Below, piece by piece: positions 1-10,590 of a DNA stretch of 64,000 nucleotides. Below the pieces are notes generated by a model that made no database searches, was not told the DNA's origin, and worked only from the letters and a program-made list of their open reading frames with translations. The stretch comes from Verrucomicrobiia bacterium (GTDB lineage Bacteria > Verrucomicrobiota > Verrucomicrobiia > Limisphaerales > UBA8199), in assembly GCA_036524155.1 (NCBI GenBank), contig DATDCV010000404.1:874-64873 (forward strand), written 5' to 3'. Every line of letters starts with the position of its first letter. The first letter of the stretch is position 1. Made by a program: the position numbers and the translations under genes.

Positions 1-219
1 GGTGAGGCCGCATTCCACCATCGGCCGGACAACTTCCAGGATTGGACGGAAAGCCTCGCACGCGCCGGGATCCTGGACACTGACGACACGTGCGCGCGGA
101 CCGTTGGGCGCCCGAGCCACCTGCGCATAGCCCGGCCAGGCCAACACGAGGCCCAAAAAAAAGATCGCGGACCGCGGGAACAACCGAAATCTGGCGTTGA
201 ACTGTGCGTTTCTTGACAC
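1..219 (-). CDS. hypothetical protein, N-terminal part only (gene continues past the left window edge)
   Basis: The minus-strand frame is open from GTG at 219-217 to position 1 (73 codons, no stop). The N-terminus ..RLFPRSAIFFLGLVLAWPGYAQ looks like a signal peptide. No domain recognised. Confidence 0.3.
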   Translation of the reverse strand, partial: MSRNAQFNARFRLFPRSAIFFLGLVLAWPGYAQVARAPNGPRARVVSVQDPGACEAFRPILEVVRPMVECGLT

Positions 220-231
220 TTCGGAGCGTGG

Positions 232-2166
232 ATGATACCACCAGACTCGATGCAGACCATCAAAAATCAGGGCGGGACCATTTGGCTTCTGCTGCTGGTA
301 GCGGCGGCATTCGTTGCCGGTTGTCGGCCGCCCGGGGAGAGAGCTCTGCTGAAGGGTAAAGATCTACTCGAACAAGGCAAACCCGGCCAGGCAGTGGTTG
401 AGCTCAGAACTGCCACTGTTCTGCTCCCGACCAACGCCTACGCGTTCAATTATTTGGGCCTGGCCTTGCATCAGTCCGGGGAAACCATCGAAGCCCAAAA
501 GGCGTACTATCGGGCGCTGGCTTTGAATCACGAAATGGCGGAAGCGCGGTATAACCTGGGCTGCCTGTTTCTGGCGGAAAACAGACTCGAACAGGCAAAG
601 TCAGAGCTCACGGCTTTTACGCTCCGTCGTCCGGAGTCGGCCGAGGGTTGGACCAGGCTTGCAACGGCTCAACTGCGAAGTCGCGAGCCGGTGGCGGCGG
701 AGCGCAGCTTTAGCCAGGCTCTCCGCCTGCGGCCTCAGGATCCGGAATCACTCCTGGGGATGGGCTTGACCAGGCTGCAGCGGAACCGCCCAGCCGAGGC
801 GGTCCAGTGGTTTCAGAGCGCCCTCAAAGCGCAACCGGACTACGCGCCGGCCTTGCGGAACCTGGCGGTTGTCGCCCAGGAAAACCTCAGAGACAAACAA
901 ATGGCGCTGCTGCAATACCGGCGTTACCTGGAGTTGAAGCCCGCGCCTGAGGATGCCGCCGAGGTGCAGCGAATTGTGCGGCAATTGGAGCAGGATCTGG
1001 CCCCGCCGATCGTGTCCGCAACCGCCCAGCCGACTAACCCGGTCCAGACAAACCGCATCGCGGCGCCAGTCAAATTAGCGGTGGCCGAGACCTCGGCCCC
1101 GGCTCCGGCTGCGGCCCGGAAGCCGGTCAGCGTCATTCCGACCAACGACGTAACTTCCGCCAGCACGGAGAAGGTTGCCGGCCTGAATAAGATCCAGCAG
1201 AGCGTCGAACCCATCAAAACACCGGTGCCAGCCGGCGGAGCTCAGCCGCAAACTTCGTCCACGAGCAATTCGCTCCGCCCTTCCGGGCCGGCCGCTGCGG
1301 TGAAAGCAGGACCAGTCCATACTTCCCTGCCCCCGGCTTCACTGGAGGTCGTCCAGGTGCCCGCCGAGCAGGTGTTCAAACCCGCCCAGGATGTGCCTGT
1401 GCGACCTGTCCCGCCCTCGCCTTCAACCACTGTTAGGACCAGTAATTCGGCAGCCGGGTCAGTCGCTTCGACTCCCTCAAAGGCCGCCAAACGGAGCTTC
1501 CTCAGCAAGATCAACCCCGTTCGCATTTTTTCCGGCGGGGAAGACGCGAAACCGGCAGCCCTACAGCCCTCCGCTGGGCCGGCACTGACTACGCCCGCGC
1601 GCGAACCCCGCGAAATCACGAGGCCGCAGCCGGAACAAACAGCCATCGCTTTTTCGCGCTACACCTACAAGTCTCCGGCGAAACCGGCGTCTGGAAATCG
1701 TTCGGAAGCGGAGCGGGCCTATGCCCAGGGCGTGCAAGCCAAACAAGCGCAACGGCTGCCGGAAGCGATTCAAGCTTATCGCCGGGCAACCCAGTTGGAC
1801 CCCGAGTACTTTGATGCCTGGTATAATCTGGGCGTCGCGACCGCCGAGGCGGGCAATTTGCCAGCCGCGCTCGCGGCCTATGAGAGCGCGCTGGCAATCC
1901 GTCCTGACTCACTCGACGCCCGTTACAACTTCGCCCTGGCTTTGAAGCAGTCGAACTTCCCGGTTGACGCACGCAATGAACTCCAGAAGCTCCTGACGGT
2001 CTATCCCAAAGAGGGCCGGGCCCACCTGGCCCTCGGCAATCTCTATGCCCAGCAATTCCACGACCCCGCCCGCGCCAGGGAACATTATCTGAAGGTCCTC
2101 GAATTCGATCCCCGGAACCCCCAGGCGAGCGCCATCCGCTACTGGCTAACGGATAATCCGAAGTGA
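232..2166 (+). CDS. TPR-repeat lipoprotein with a long Pro/Ala/Ser/Thr-rich linker
   Basis: 644-aa ORF with a lipobox-like N-terminus (LLLLVAAAFVAGC). TPR-like 34-aa repeats occur at both ends (e.g. AYAFNYLGLALHQSGETIEAQKAYYRALALNHEMAEARYNLG and WYNLGVATAEAGNLPAALAAYESALAIRPDSLDARYNFA). They are separated by a low-complexity stretch of about 250 aa. Confidence 0.85.
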   Translation: MIPPDSMQTIKNQGGTIWLLLLVAAAFVAGCRPPGERALLKGKDLLEQGKPGQAVVELRTATVLLPTNAYAFNYLGLALHQSGETIEAQKAYYRALALNHEMAEARYNLGCLFLAENRLEQAKSELTAFTLRRPESAEGWTRLATAQLRSREPVAAERSFSQALRLRPQDPESLLGMGLTRLQRNRPAEAVQWFQSALKAQPDYAPALRNLAVVAQENLRDKQMALLQYRRYLELKPAPEDAAEVQRIVRQLEQDLAPPIVSATAQPTNPVQTNRIAAPVKLAVAETSAPAPAAARKPVSVIPTNDVTSASTEKVAGLNKIQQSVEPIKTPVPAGGAQPQTSSTSNSLRPSGPAAAVKAGPVHTSLPPASLEVVQVPAEQVFKPAQDVPVRPVPPSPSTTVRTSNSAAGSVASTPSKAAKRSFLSKINPVRIFSGGEDAKPAALQPSAGPALTTPAREPREITRPQPEQTAIAFSRYTYKSPAKPASGNRSEAERAYAQGVQAKQAQRLPEAIQAYRRATQLDPEYFDAWYNLGVATAEAGNLPAALAAYESALAIRPDSLDARYNFALALKQSNFPVDARNELQKLLTVYPKEGRAHLALGNLYAQQFHDPARAREHYLKVLEFDPRNPQASAIRYWLTDNPK

Positions 2167-2359
2167 GCTGAACCCGAGCGCGCGGGCTTCGTCCACGCCC
2201 CGCAACCACGGGACTTCACCCGAGTCCTGGCATCCCTCCCGCCCATGCCTGCGAGCTCCCGGCAGAATGTTTTCCCCCGTGTTGCCCCGACGCGCGGCGC
2301 GCACCCAGCACGACTACCCCTCTCATCCTCAAACTCGACCCGTCCCGGTGAGCTCGCCT

Positions 2360-5026
2360 TCACAGGCTCGCGATCCGCTTCAGCAGTATCACCGGCTCGG
2401 CGGCGGTACGCGACTTGGCCAAATCCACTTCGAACTCGGCGACCCAGTCGTTGTGTTCCTCGGGGTCAATCAGCATCTGTTGCACGCGCCAGGACCGCTT
2501 GTCGTCCGAGGGCATGACGTAGGTATGACGCACGTTGCGCGCGTTTGGGTCCAGGCAGATGCGTTCGTGCTCGGCGTAATAGTCCCCGAGGATCCGCTCG
2601 AGCCGCTGAGCGGTCCAGGACTGTCCGTCGGGATCCTGCGTCGAGGTCAGGAAGGTGAGGGCCTGGTCGAAATCGGCGTTCACGAGGCCCCGCAAGAAGC
2701 TGAAGATCCGGTTTCGGATCACGGCGGTGAAGGTCTTCGTGTCACGCGTGATGTCCTGGGCGGCTTCCTCCGCTCCCGGCGGTTTCACTTCCTTGGTTTC
2801 GGCGCGCTGATAGCTCGGGTCGCGCATCTTTTCCCACTCGTCCAGGAGGCTCGAATCCACCTGCCGGATCATCGTGCCGAGGTAGAGCTCCATCTCACGC
2901 ACGAGATCGGTTTTGGCTGCGTCGGGAACGGTTTGGGCCAGGACTTTGTAAACGCTGTTCAGGTGCCGGAGCAGCAGGCCTTCGGCGCGCTGCAACTCAT
3001 AATCGCGGATGTAATCGGAGAATGAGCGAAAGTTCTCGTACATTTCGCGCGCGATGGATTTGGGCCGGATATTCTCCTGGCCGACCCAGGGATGGCGGTC
3101 GGCGAACGCGTTGAAGGTGGAATAGACGAACTCCCGGTTCGGCTTGGGATATTCGAGCTTTTCCAACTCCTCCATCCGCTCTTCGTAGTCGAGGCCGGCC
3201 ATCTTCATCTCGGCCATCTTTTGGCTTTTCAGCTTGTCGAGCTGCTTGCGCAGGATGATGTCCGGGTCTTCGAGAATGGATTCTACGAGGGTGAGGAGGC
3301 CCAGGGCGTAATCATCTTCCGGCGTGCGGCCGTCCCCGTCCGCAGCAACTTGAATATCGCCCGGGGCCGACGTCGTTTCGCGAGGCCCACCCGCATCCTG
3401 TGTTCCTGTGCCCGGGGACGGGCGCACTCCAGCCTGCAACAGCGGGATCGTATCCAGCAGGTACAGCGACAGCGTCTGGTCCATCGAAAAATCGTCCTGC
3501 AACTCGACGTTGACGCGCAGGTAAGCGCCGTCCTCGGTCCGGGGAATGAACTCGATAATCCGGCGGTCGAGCAGCGAGCGGAACAACTGCCACGCGCGCC
3601 GGGTGTGTTCTTTCTTCGCTTTCGGGGTTTCGTGGCAGTCGCGGATTAGCCGCTGCATCGCACGGCAGCCATCGCCTTTGCGGCTCAGCACGTTTAACAG
3701 CATGCCGTGCGACACCTGAAAGCGGGAGGCCAACCGCTCCGGTTGCGCGTTAATGAGCCGGAGGAATGTCTGCTTGTCCCAATTGACAAAGTTTTTGTCC
3801 GGGGGCTTGCGTTTGACGGATTTCTTGCCGTCCCGAGCGGCTTTTTCATCCAGCTTGATGTTTTCGATCACATGCTCGGGCGCCTGCGCCACCACCCAAC
3901 CGCGCTCGTCGAACCCCTTCCGCCCGGCACGGCCGGAGATCTGGTGAAAGTCGCGTGCGCTCAGGATCGCGGTCTTTTGGCCGTCGAATTTGCAGAGCCG
4001 GGTGAAAAGCACCGTGCGGATGGGCATATTAATGCCCGCGCCGAGTGTGTCGGTGCCGCAAACCACCTTGAGAAGCCCTTGCTGCGTCAGTTGCTCCACC
4101 AAAACGCGATACTTGGGCAAAAGACCCGCATGGTGCAATCCGATGCCGTGCTTGAGCCAGCGCCGGATCTCCGGGCCGTACGGGGAGGTAAACTTGAATC
4201 CTTCGAGGGCGTTCGCGATGCCGTTTTTCTCGTCGCGCCTCGCCACGTTGATGCTCGTGAAATCCTGCGCGCTTTGGGCCGCCTCCAACTGCGTGAAATG
4301 CACGACGTAAACGGGACTCCTGCCTTCTTGAACGAGCCGCTCCAGCGTCTGGGCCAGCGAGATTTCCGAATAAGCGTGCTCGAGCGGCACCGGTCGGTCG
4401 CTCGATTGGACCGTGACGGTGAGCCGGCCGTTGCGTTTGGTGAGTTCCTCCTCGAAGAACGTCGTGTCGCCCAGCGTGGCCGACATCAGCAGAAACCTCG
4501 CTTGCGGCATTGTCAGGAGCGGCACCTGCCACGCGACCCCTCGCTCCCGGTCGGCGTAGTAATGGAACTCATCCATGATCACTTCCTGGAAATCGGCCCT
4601 GGCCCCTTCGCGCAGGGCTATATTGGCCAGGATTTCGGCGGTGCAGCAAAGGATCGGCGCGTCATGGTTGACGGAGGCGTCGCCGGTGCTGAGGCCGACG
4701 TTGTCGGGACCGAACTCATGGCAGAGCGCTCGCCATTTCTCATTGACCAGCGCTTTGATCGGGCACGTATAGACCGAGCGTTTGCCCTGGACCAGCGCCT
4801 TGAAATGCAACGCCGCGGCGACCAGTGATTTGCCCGACCCGGTGGGCGTGTTCAGGATGACGTTCTTTTCCTCGAATAGTTCGAGGATAGCCGCCTCCTG
4901 AGCCGGGTAGAGCTGCAAACGTTTGCTTTCGGTGTATTCGAGGAATTGGCCGAGCAAGAGGTCGTTGCTGGGCCGGTCATCGCGCGGGATCAGATCATAA
5001 AGCGTTAAGGACACCAGTGGAGTCAA
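2360..5026 (-). CDS. superfamily-2 DEAD/DEAH-box helicase (Ski2-like, DUF3516-type C-terminal region)
   Basis: 888-aa ORF with helicase motifs [16 protein letters not shown] and [12 protein letters not shown]. From memory, the long alpha-helical C-terminal half resembles the DUF3516 helicase family. Confidence 0.88.
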   Translation of the reverse strand: MTPLVSLTLYDLIPRDDRPSNDLLLGQFLEYTESKRLQLYPAQEAAILELFEEKNVILNTPTGSGKSLVAAALHFKALVQGKRSVYTCPIKALVNEKWRALCHEFGPDNVGLSTGDASVNHDAPILCCTAEILANIALREGARADFQEVIMDEFHYYADRERGVAWQVPLLTMPQARFLLMSATLGDTTFFEEELTKRNGRLTVTVQSSDRPVPLEHAYSEISLAQTLERLVQEGRSPVYVVHFTQLEAAQSAQDFTSINVARRDEKNGIANALEGFKFTSPYGPEIRRWLKHGIGLHHAGLLPKYRVLVEQLTQQGLLKVVCGTDTLGAGINMPIRTVLFTRLCKFDGQKTAILSARDFHQISGRAGRKGFDERGWVVAQAPEHVIENIKLDEKAARDGKKSVKRKPPDKNFVNWDKQTFLRLINAQPERLASRFQVSHGMLLNVLSRKGDGCRAMQRLIRDCHETPKAKKEHTRRAWQLFRSLLDRRIIEFIPRTEDGAYLRVNVELQDDFSMDQTLSLYLLDTIPLLQAGVRPSPGTGTQDAGGPRETTSAPGDIQVAADGDGRTPEDDYALGLLTLVESILEDPDIILRKQLDKLKSQKMAEMKMAGLDYEERMEELEKLEYPKPNREFVYSTFNAFADRHPWVGQENIRPKSIAREMYENFRSFSDYIRDYELQRAEGLLLRHLNSVYKVLAQTVPDAAKTDLVREMELYLGTMIRQVDSSLLDEWEKMRDPSYQRAETKEVKPPGAEEAAQDITRDTKTFTAVIRNRIFSFLRGLVNADFDQALTFLTSTQDPDGQSWTAQRLERILGDYYAEHERICLDPNARNVRHTYVMPSDDKRSWRVQQMLIDPEEHNDWVAEFEVDLAKSRTAAEPVILLKRIASL

Positions 5027-5357
5027 TCTACGGGACCGCGATGGAAACGGGAAGCAGTAATGAGCGGGGAAGCCTTATCACTGGCGGGAAAACCGGCCGG
5101 GAGCCGCTTCTTTCGGTGCGCTTTCCTGGCGTTCTCGTGGCTAATGAACCCGTTCTGGTCCAACCGCGGTCGTCTCAGAGCGTGTTTGGGAATTCGCCCG
5201 GTGGGGCACCGGGCCTACAGGTCGATAGAATGCCGGGCGTTTATTGTAGGCGACGTGCCCTCACGCGGCGGCTTTTGACATTTTCCAAACGTGTTCTGAG
5301 TTCCCGCCCGATTGCGCCGTAATCTCCCGCGCCATCTCCAGAACGACGCCTCCGGCG

Positions 5358-6200
5358 TTAGCGTTCGACTACGGCGTCCTGAAGGCGGCGCAGGTCAGCC
5401 GTTGAATCGCCTGCGCCCGAAACCGCGGGCGCCCACCAGTCTTGCTCCTGGTTCAAACTACGCCATCTCCACCGTTCGGCGTGGCCATCAGCGAAGGAGA
5501 ATGTGACTCCTCGAGCATGGCGAGTTGTCGGCGAGTTCATCCAGGTATTCTCCAACTGCACGGCGAAGAAGCCATCGTCCACCGAGTTGATGCTTTCATC
5601 CAAAAATGCGAGCGCTTTGGCGGGCCCAGGCCGGATGATATCGCTCGTCCAATGGAACTGCGGATACTGGCTGCCGAGAACAAAATCCGTTTCGTCGGTT
5701 CCGCCCATTCTTCCCGAAAGGGAGAAATTGCGCACCAGGCTCCGGCCCTGGGTGCCGGGATAGCGGGCCAGAATCCCAGGCATGAGCCCCCGGGCGGCCG
5801 GGCATTGATAGATCGCCACGCTGGTGTTGTAACGGAACAGCCGCCCGTCGCGAATGAACTGGTCATCGGTTGCGTCCGGCATCTGCCGCATATAGCCGGC
5901 CACCCAGCCGTTGGTGGACTGGGGCGTCGCAGCGAGGCGGTTTTCGATCAACCGCTCCTGGTTGTCACCCGCGTAAAGGGTCCAACAAATCGTCAACTGC
6001 TTCAGATGATTCAGGCAACAAATGGTTTGCGCCTTGGCTTTGGCCTTGTTCAGAGCCGGCAGCAACAGCGCGGCCAGGATCGCAATGATGGCGATGACGA
6101 CCAGCAATTCGATCAGCGTAAAGGCCCGCCTGCTCCAGCGGGCGGTGGGCGGCTCCACCAGTGCCCTCTTCACACGTGCGGCCAAACGTGCCCGGTTCAT
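5358..6200 (-). CDS. prepilin-type N-terminal cleavage/methylation domain protein, H-X9-DG (DUF1559-like) family
   Basis: The N-terminal motif [25 protein letters not shown] and the C-terminal H-X9-DG motif ([19 protein letters not shown]) are typical of the expanded pseudopilin-like family of Planctomycetes and Verrucomicrobia. Confidence 0.9.
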   Translation of the reverse strand: MNRARLAARVKRALVEPPTARWSRRAFTLIELLVVIAIIAILAALLLPALNKAKAKAQTICCLNHLKQLTICWTLYAGDNQERLIENRLAATPQSTNGWVAGYMRQMPDATDDQFIRDGRLFRYNTSVAIYQCPAARGLMPGILARYPGTQGRSLVRNFSLSGRMGGTDETDFVLGSQYPQFHWTSDIIRPGPAKALAFLDESINSVDDGFFAVQLENTWMNSPTTRHARGVTFSFADGHAERWRWRSLNQEQDWWAPAVSGAGDSTADLRRLQDAVVER

Positions 6201-6397
6201 TCCAAGCCTCCGTACCTTGGCAGTCGTGATGAGTCAAGCTGGAACAAGCAATTAGCGCAACGGTACACCAGCGATCGCCTCAGGTGAAACGGCGGGCGTT
6301 CCGGACACTGTCCCCGACGCCACGGCATCGCGTTTATACCAGTTGATAGTTGTTTCCTGAGTCGCAATAATATCCCTCACCGTAACCGGAGACCATT

Positions 6398-6775
6398 ATG
6401 AGTACCGAAAGGATTCTCGCCCCGGTCACTGCAATTTTTCTGGGGATCGGTACCCCATTTGTCGTCGTCCACTTGATGGCGGCGCCCGATGACGCGCCTA
6501 TATCACCTCTGCAGCATCTCGTCGCTGCCTTGGCGAACTTCTTTGGTCCTTGGGGTGTGGCCATCGTCCGGCTTGTTGATTTTCCCAACGCCGGACTTCG
6601 TTCGTTCAGTTGGCATCTGGCGGTCGGCTTGACGTCGCTCGGCGCGCTGCTGCTCGTTCTGCTGTTGAAGGTCACGAATCGGCGCTGGCAAATCCTGCTG
6701 ACCGTCGCCTGGGGGATCTTTGTGTTGGTCTGGTTTGGCGTGGGCTTCACGCAGATTGCGAGTGGACTGCTCTGA
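6398..6775 (+). CDS. small integral membrane protein, function unknown
   Basis: 125-aa ORF with several hydrophobic segments (ILAPVTAIFLGIGTPFVVV, LAVGLTSLGALLLVLLL, ILLTVAWGIFVLVWFGVGF). GGAGA lies 6-10 nt upstream of the ATG. Confidence 0.55.
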   Translation: MSTERILAPVTAIFLGIGTPFVVVHLMAAPDDAPISPLQHLVAALANFFGPWGVAIVRLVDFPNAGLRSFSWHLAVGLTSLGALLLVLLLKVTNRRWQILLTVAWGIFVLVWFGVGFTQIASGLL

Positions 6776-6786
6776 AAGGCAACATC

Positions 6787-7092
6787 GTGAACAAGACAGC
6801 ACAAGTCAAACTCGCCTCGATCCTCGCCACCCTCGCCTTGCTGGTGTTCGCAGGAGTTCTCTATCTGGCCTTCATTTTCCCCAAGATAGCGGCGATTTGG
6901 GCTGGGACAGGCGAAGCGCTCTCCGCGGCACAGCGGACCGTGGTGAGCCTAAGTGAGTTTTGCAGGCACTATGGGCTACTGCTCCTGCCTCTGCTCATGG
7001 TGGGAATCGGCGGGTGCGTTGTTTGGGTGGCCGTCTCAGTACGTGAAGGCACAAGGAAAGCTGCCTCAGACCGTCCGACCCAACATTCTTGA
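6787..7092 (+). CDS. small two-TM membrane protein (weak resemblance to a GspF/PilC-type segment), function unknown
   Basis: An in-frame GTG at 6787 lies 12 nt after the preceding stop. The protein has two hydrophobic segments (LASILATLALLVFAGVLYLAFIF, LLLLPLLMVGIGGCVVWVAV). The part of track ORF 6610-7092 upstream of this start overlaps the previous gene and looks non-protein-like. Confidence 0.45.
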   Translation: MNKTAQVKLASILATLALLVFAGVLYLAFIFPKIAAIWAGTGEALSAAQRTVVSLSEFCRHYGLLLLPLLMVGIGGCVVWVAVSVREGTRKAASDRPTQHS

Positions 7093-7202
7093 GCATCAGG
7101 ACCGCCATTACGTTCGGCGGAGCAAGCCACCCGCCCGCAGACAATACGCTTAGAAACCTAGTGAAAACCCAACCGAATAGGAATCCTGGTGTTTCAATAT
7201 CT

Positions 7203-8333
7203 ATGAACCGAATCCTTCCTCTTGTCCTCCTGTCGGGCGCCTTATTCGTCGCTGCCGCAAATGCAAGCTCGAACGATTGGCAACGCCTTTGGCAGCCGAA
7301 CAAGGCCGCCCCGCCGGATCCCATCAAGGTGCGGATTGGTTCGTTGGGCGATGATTTAGGACGGGACCTGGAAAACCAGGAATGGCTGATGATCCCGACC
7401 CGCCACCATGAGCTCCTCTTCCAGGATTCGGCCGACCGGAAGAAAGTTGCGGAGTTATGGCGATTGCTTGACGGCCTTTATGTCTTCCTCGACGGGCGCA
7501 GTCCGGCGAAACCACCGACCCCCATCCGGGCTTTCCTGGTGCCAAAAGAACGCGGCCGATCCCGCTGCAGCCGGGCGTCCCTCGCGATGCGCACCGGAGA
7601 ACTGGGGGACCTGCCGTTTGTGCTCACCAGCCTGTTGCACGAAGAAACACACCTGTTCAACTTCGCGTTCCTGGGCGAGCGCGCGCAGAGCTGGTGGCCG
7701 GGCGAATTCTGCTGCATCTACTTCCAGGAACGGGCGCTTTTGGAACACGAAGGCCGGGATCTCAAACAGGAGCTCAAGTCACGGCTGCCTCGGGGTCCGG
7801 TCGGGCCATTGGCAGAACTCGACCGTCACGGCAAAAGCGCATTTGACGATGCGTTGGCGGCGCAGTTCTTCCTCGAGGAGAAATACGGGAAGGAACGATT
7901 GGACGAGTTTCGCCGGCGAAGCCTGGTCGCCTCGAAAGCCAGCAACGGCGGCCGGTTGCCGGAAGATATTTTTCAGCAGGTCTTTGGCAAAAACCCTGCC
8001 ATTCTGAATGTGGAGTGGCGCGCATTCCAAGGTTGGGGAGGTGACGGTGGCGGGGGAAAAACCGCCGGAACCGATTCCCGTTTGGAACGAAAGGTGACCT
8101 ACTCCACAGAAAAAGACAGTGTGCAGGACATCGTGCAGAAGTTGGCCGCCCAGGTCGGGCTGGGATACGATTTCGAGAAATCCAAAAAACAAACCGACCC
8201 GCTCTGCCGGCGCTGGGTCAACAACGTCGCCATCGAGAACAAGCCATGCCGGGAAGCCCTCGATGCGATTCTGACCCCGGTTGGACTTCGCTACGAAATC
8301 GATGGCGAAGCAATTGTGCTGTTTCGGAAATGA
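7203..8333 (+). CDS. secreted putative zinc metallopeptidase (HEXXH, MA-clan-like) with a C-terminal STN/secretin-N-like domain
   Basis: The start is chosen at MNRILPLVLLSGALFVAAANA (signal peptide). LLHEETHLF..WWPGEFCCIYFQE resembles the Peptidase_MA_2 pattern (HEXXH ... W.EG..Y.E). The C-terminal 70 aa (VQDIVQKLAAQVGLGYDF...CREALDAILTPVGLRYEIDGEAIVL) is STN-like. Confidence 0.7.
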   Translation: MNRILPLVLLSGALFVAAANASSNDWQRLWQPNKAAPPDPIKVRIGSLGDDLGRDLENQEWLMIPTRHHELLFQDSADRKKVAELWRLLDGLYVFLDGRSPAKPPTPIRAFLVPKERGRSRCSRASLAMRTGELGDLPFVLTSLLHEETHLFNFAFLGERAQSWWPGEFCCIYFQERALLEHEGRDLKQELKSRLPRGPVGPLAELDRHGKSAFDDALAAQFFLEEKYGKERLDEFRRRSLVASKASNGGRLPEDIFQQVFGKNPAILNVEWRAFQGWGGDGGGGKTAGTDSRLERKVTYSTEKDSVQDIVQKLAAQVGLGYDFEKSKKQTDPLCRRWVNNVAIENKPCREALDAILTPVGLRYEIDGEAIVLFRK

Positions 8334-8406
8334 CTCGCTGATTTCCTGCTTTCTATTGAAATCGATTCCGATCGGATGTAATCTGCTTAACAGACCCTTG
8401 AACAGT

Positions 8407-10533
8407 ATGAAACCTCCTGCTTTACCAGGCGCGGGAGTTCTGAAAAGTCTCGAATTCGAACTCGCTTACCTGTCGCTTTTAACCAGGAACGGACTGAAGC
8501 CGCTGAGCCGGTGGGAAAAGCCGTTCAACAGCGCAACAGAGGAGTGCCTGCGCAGGCTGGGGCTGAAGACGCGCGTGATCGAGCGGTCGGTGCAAACCGG
8601 CGAGCTCGTGCGCGAGCTTCTGTTGAGCACTTCCGACCAGCACATGGAGGCTTACGCGGCAAAATTCGCGGGCTCGGGGATCGGCTATGATCCCGAGACT
8701 GTTCGCCTCGAAGGCAGGTTGTTCGGCTACCCGCCGTGTTGCGCGGATAGCTATGTCGTCCGCGGCTACGCCAGGAATTCTCTCCGGCGCCGGGACCAAC
8801 GGATCCTGTTTCATTGGGCGTGTCCGGGCTGCGCGGTCACACCCCAACTGCTGCCCGAATATTGGCGAATTTACCAGATGTGCCGCGTGGTGAGGCGAGG
8901 CGCGGCCTGGCGCGTGATCCCCGACTTGGTGGAACGACTGTCAGTCCCCCGGCTACGACCGGGCTTGGCGACCGTCGTCTCGCTGGCGGCGCTTGGCGTC
9001 CTGCCGGTAACGACCTTGCAGGTGGCCGCCGACCCGTTGGATCCCCATGTGACGGCCTTCACATTGTACGATGACGTCGACAACGATTACCTCCTCGCCA
9101 GCGAAGAGCGCATTCTCGGTTTCGACCCGACAATCTCCGACGAAAACACCAATGGCGTGCCCGACGGCGTGGACCTTGCGCTCCAGCTTTCGAGCGCGGT
9201 CGATGCTCTGCCGTCCGAGCCTTTGACTAGCACCGCGTATGTGACACACAACCTGGCTTTCGGACTGGAGAACTGTGCGGTGTGTGGCGCTTCTGTGAAT
9301 ATGGGTTTCATGGAAATTCGTCATCCGCTGGAAAACCAGTCTCTCCAGATTCCCTACGTGGCCAAACATTTCCTGGAACATGGCAGCTTCTCTTACTCGG
9401 GCAGCCTTCATTCGGGCCGCATCAGTCCGCCGTTGTTACAGTTTATTTTGAAAACCGACGGCCGGGGCCACCTCGTCCCCGAACCCGCAGGGACGGATGC
9501 CGACAAGGACGGTTTGCGCGATTGGGAGGAGCCCGCGTTCGGAACCGATCCGGAAAAGCCGGACAGCGACGGCGACCAGTTGATTGACGGCATCGACACA
9601 GCCCGCGAGCTGCGGAGAGCTCTCGAGACCTTGCCGGCTGTCGACCGGCGCGAGGATGGGCCGACCGACCGGCCATTTGTGTTGAAGCTGATGATGAATG
9701 GCGTCGAAACCTGTCCGCGTTGCGGCGAGGTGCAGACCATGGGCCTGTGGGAAGTGATCAACCCCGTGATTGCCGATTCGATCACCATTCCCACCATGGC
9801 GATTCATTACCTGGAACATGGAGGCTTCGGTTGGAACGGCGGGCAACTTCTGGGCGGGCAAGGGCGGGTCGACCCGCGCCACCTGCAGGGAGTCCTGAAG
9901 GGCCAGCCGAACCGCCACCTGCTGGCAGTTTCGCCGGACCGGGATGGCGACTGGCTGTCCGACCCGGAAGAGGCGAGCCTTGGTCGTGACCCTGGAAATC
10001 CCGACCAGGACATCAACGCGGTGCGGGACGGCTTGGACTTGGCGCGAGCGGTGGCGTGCGAGATCGCCGGGCTTCCCACCACGCCGAGCGCCGTCCGGGT
10101 TTATCGGTTGGATTTTCCCCAGCGCGGCCTGGAGCGTTGCGGTGTTTGCGCCACCAACGTCAACATGGGTTACCTGACGGTCTGCAATCCTCAGGCGCAT
10201 CTGTCGGTGGACGTCAGCTATATCGCTCTGCATTACCTCGAGCACGACAGCTTTTCCTTTGCTGGGGACGTTCATGAGATTGGGCGCAGCGAGATAAAGG
10301 CGTTGGTGGAAGCCTTGTTCAAGCCGGCGGTGAGCATCGCCGGCGACGAACAAAAGGTGAGCCTTCGTTGGTTTGCGAAGGCCGGCCGGACTTACCGGGT
10401 GTGCACGGCGCCCGACCCCCATGGTCCGTGGACCGACGGTCCGGTGTTTCAGGGCGAGGGCAAAGAAACTGTGTTCACCGAAACCAGGCCACCTGGCGTA
10501 ACGCAGAGGTTCTACAAAGTGGCCGTTTGGTGA
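8407..10533 (+). CDS. single-pass membrane protein with a cytoplasmic Cys-rich domain and three extracytoplasmic CxxC...H(Y/F)LEH modules, function unknown
   Basis: The start is chosen at MKPPALPG, after the upstream stop at 8333. There is no signal peptide. The protein has a GYPPCC...HWACPGC motif, one TM segment (LATVVSLAALGVLPV), three repeated modules of about 145 aa, Asp-rich TSP3-like Ca-binding motifs, and a C-terminal module ending RFYKVAVW. Confidence 0.75.
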   Translation: MKPPALPGAGVLKSLEFELAYLSLLTRNGLKPLSRWEKPFNSATEECLRRLGLKTRVIERSVQTGELVRELLLSTSDQHMEAYAAKFAGSGIGYDPETVRLEGRLFGYPPCCADSYVVRGYARNSLRRRDQRILFHWACPGCAVTPQLLPEYWRIYQMCRVVRRGAAWRVIPDLVERLSVPRLRPGLATVVSLAALGVLPVTTLQVAADPLDPHVTAFTLYDDVDNDYLLASEERILGFDPTISDENTNGVPDGVDLALQLSSAVDALPSEPLTSTAYVTHNLAFGLENCAVCGASVNMGFMEIRHPLENQSLQIPYVAKHFLEHGSFSYSGSLHSGRISPPLLQFILKTDGRGHLVPEPAGTDADKDGLRDWEEPAFGTDPEKPDSDGDQLIDGIDTARELRRALETLPAVDRREDGPTDRPFVLKLMMNGVETCPRCGEVQTMGLWEVINPVIADSITIPTMAIHYLEHGGFGWNGGQLLGGQGRVDPRHLQGVLKGQPNRHLLAVSPDRDGDWLSDPEEASLGRDPGNPDQDINAVRDGLDLARAVACEIAGLPTTPSAVRVYRLDFPQRGLERCGVCATNVNMGYLTVCNPQAHLSVDVSYIALHYLEHDSFSFAGDVHEIGRSEIKALVEALFKPAVSIAGDEQKVSLRWFAKAGRTYRVCTAPDPHGPWTDGPVFQGEGKETVFTETRPPGVTQRFYKVAVW
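9274..10260 (+). repeat. three intragenic module cores (CxxC ... NMG ... H-Y/F-LEH) spaced 438 and 426 nt apart
   Basis: The three cores are CAVCGASVNMGFMEIRHP..YVAKHFLEHGSFSYSG (from 9274), CPRCGEVQTMGLWEVINP..TMAIHYLEHGGFGWNG (from 9712) and CGVCATNVNMGYLTVCNP..YIALHYLEHDSFSFAG (from 10138). Confidence 0.8.
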
Positions 10534-10590
10534 AGGAGGAGGTGGCGAGCAAATACCTGGGCCGTGTCTGAATCGCTGAATCGCTGCCAG

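Noticed and set aside
2267-4828. Plus-strand ORFs 2267-3025, 3092-3649 and 3707-4828 opposite the helicase gene
   Set aside because: They are antisense to an ORF carrying the complete SF2 helicase motif set. They have no motifs of their own and show shadow-ORF composition.
5213-5251. Weak hairpin gcctaca-25 nt-tgtaggc resembling one arm of the family-E palindrome
   Set aside because: The stem is only 7 bp with a large loop, and similarity to family E is limited to attgtaggcg. This is too weak to call a repeat copy.
7089-8406. Upstream extensions of track ORFs 7089-8333 and 8281-10533 (the extensions are 7089-7202 and 8281-8406)
   Set aside because: The extensions precede obvious signal-peptide or first-Met positions (MNRILPLVLL at 7203, MKPPALPG at 8407). 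They overlap the previous gene or encode non-protein-like sequence, so the shorter starts are preferred.
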